DNA of 64,000 nucleotides from an uncultured Thermoplasmatales archaeon (GTDB taxonomy: Archaea > Thermoplasmatota > SW-10-69-26). The stretch spans positions 3,057 through 67,056 of the forward strand of contig CAYNEI010000009.1 of NCBI GenBank assembly GCA_964396185.1. The letters run 5' to 3'. Below the pieces are notes generated by a model. That model was not told where the DNA came from, did no database searches, and worked only from the letters and a program-made list of their open reading frames with translations. This document shows positions 62,883-64,000 of this stretch, piece after piece (the first letter of the stretch is position 1; every line of letters begins with the position of its first letter). The position numbers were made by a program, and so were the translations under genes.

Positions 62883-64000
62883 TTACGAGGGGCCTCGCCG
62901 GCGCGTGGCCACGGTGATGGCCACGATGCCCATGGCTGCGATGGCTCCCACGAGGATCGACCATGGGCTGGCCGTCAAGGCGCGAGCCAGCACGGTGCCC
63001 GCGCTCTGGATGGCGACCGTGGGGTCGTGTTCCATCGTGTCCCCGGCGGGGTAGGCCACGAGCACGCTGACCGTTCCGTCGCTCTGGGCGAGGATGGCGT
63101 GGTTCGCCCAGGCCGGCGCGCCGTCGACGCTGACGGGGCCGGCGGCACTGTAGACCGCGCGCATGGTGCCGTTCTCCACGATGACCCCGTCGGCTGTAGG
63201 CGTCAGGGTCGCGTTGTCCGGAGCGCGCGCGACGGTCTCGAGCACGAACAGCGTGCCCGGGGGCGCGTTGAGGTCTTCGACCGCGTAGGTGACCTTGGCC
63301 GTGCCTTGACCTGGCTCGACGGTGAGGGTCAGGTTGCCGGACCACAGGGGGAAGGTCGTGACCAACGCGTCGCCTTGGACGGTGATGTTGCCCTCGCCCA
63401 GGGGTGCGGTGATCAACGCGGGTTCGCCGATGCCCACGTGGCCGTCGCCGTCCGTGTCCTGGATGAGCATGGCGCGGGTCAGGGTGAGCGAGAGGCCGAC
63501 AGCGCCGGTGGACCCGTTGAGCTCCCCTTGGAACTGGGTGAGGAGCTCGCCGGGCTGGTCGCTTCGAACCTGGAAGCTCGAGCCGTTCTCTGTCGTCTCC
63601 AGGCCCGGTGTCGGGCCCGGTGTGCGGGCGGGTCGCTCCTGCGAGGGGACGTGGTCGACGGGCGTCTGGTCGGAGAGGCCCTGGCTGGGTCGCTGGACGC
63701 GTAGGTCGAGCTGGTCCTCTTGGATGGTCAAGAGGACCTTGGCGCCAGAGGGGAGGCTCTGCGTTGGTGGGATCTCGGTGGTGACGCGCTCGCCCTCGAT
63801 GCGCAACTGGACCGTGGGCGCATCGATGGCGCGCACCTCGAACCCGTCCCCCTCCGCCTGGAACATCGCACCGGCTCGTCGGGTCTCCGAGAGGGAGCTG
63901 GCGTTGAACGTGATGGAACCCACGGGGACGCCGTGGATGGTGAGGTTCTCAAGCCCTGTGTGGTTGAGCAGGAAGCTGACGTAGCGACCCTCGAAGCTCA
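62883..64000 (-). CDS. surface protein with C-terminal TM anchor (5' end outside window)
   Basis: The reading frame stays open from 63923 to the window edge (..SFEGRYVSFLLNHTGLENLTIHGVPV..). The C-terminal anchor is WSILVGAIAAMGIVAITVATRRRG. Confidence 0.65.
   Translation of the reverse strand, partial: SFEGRYVSFLLNHTGLENLTIHGVPVGSITFNASSLSETRRAGAMFQAEGDGFEVRAIDAPTVQLRIEGERVTTEIPPTQSLPSGAKVLLTIQEDQLDLRVQRPSQGLSDQTPVDHVPSQERPARTPGPTPGLETTENGSSFQVRSDQPGELLTQFQGELNGSTGAVGLSLTLTRAMLIQDTDGDGHVGIGEPALITAPLGEGNITVQGDALVTTFPLWSGNLTLTVEPGQGTAKVTYAVEDLNAPPGTLFVLETVARAPDNATLTPTADGVIVENGTMRAVYSAAGPVSVDGAPAWANHAILAQSDGTVSVLVAYPAGDTMEHDPTVAIQSAGTVLARALTASPWSILVGAIAAMGIVAITVATRRRGPS

Overview
High-GC, gene-dense chromosomal segment that reads as archaeal. 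Markers are class I LysRS, archaeal-type ThrRS with an N-terminal editing domain, aIF5A with a hypusine site, the Rpo7-Spt4-DUF359-S24e-S27ae cluster, Trm1 and a membrane H+-pyrophosphatase. The many LAGC-lipobox and acidic secreted proteins suggest a marine Thermoplasmatota/Poseidoniales-like euryarchaeon, but that placement is inference only. No homology search was possible: every family call rests on motifs read by eye, and coordinates were refined by hand-counting. I call about 70 genes, including one tRNA-Met(CAU) and a 57-aa S27ae gene absent from the ORF track. There is no rRNA, CRISPR array or transposase. Many genes have an AT-rich box about 25-30 nt upstream of the start codon, which suggests mostly leaderless transcripts. 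The most unusual signal is non-coding. At least eight intergenic loci carry long imperfect palindromic elements whose arms are tandem 8-9 nt units (CACGGAG, CACGAAGG, CACAAGG or CACAACGG), with complementary units in the opposite arm. Two copies are clear paralogues (28621 and 35001). One locus has a two-left-arm, two-right-arm architecture (59029-59416). One copy supplies the C-terminal tail of an EamA transporter. Other items worth a second look:
- a 22-nt exact duplicate of the tRNA-Met 3' end, followed by a 200-bp hairpin array next to a VapBC module
- a roughly 370-bp very GC-rich, hairpin-dense spacer bracketed by an 11-bp inverted AT-rich box
- a four-gene envelope operon with a roughly 200-aa K/R/E-only tail
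- a translationally coupled TraB/site-2-protease pair
- a subtilase/cohesin-like operon, with a dockerin-like protein nearby
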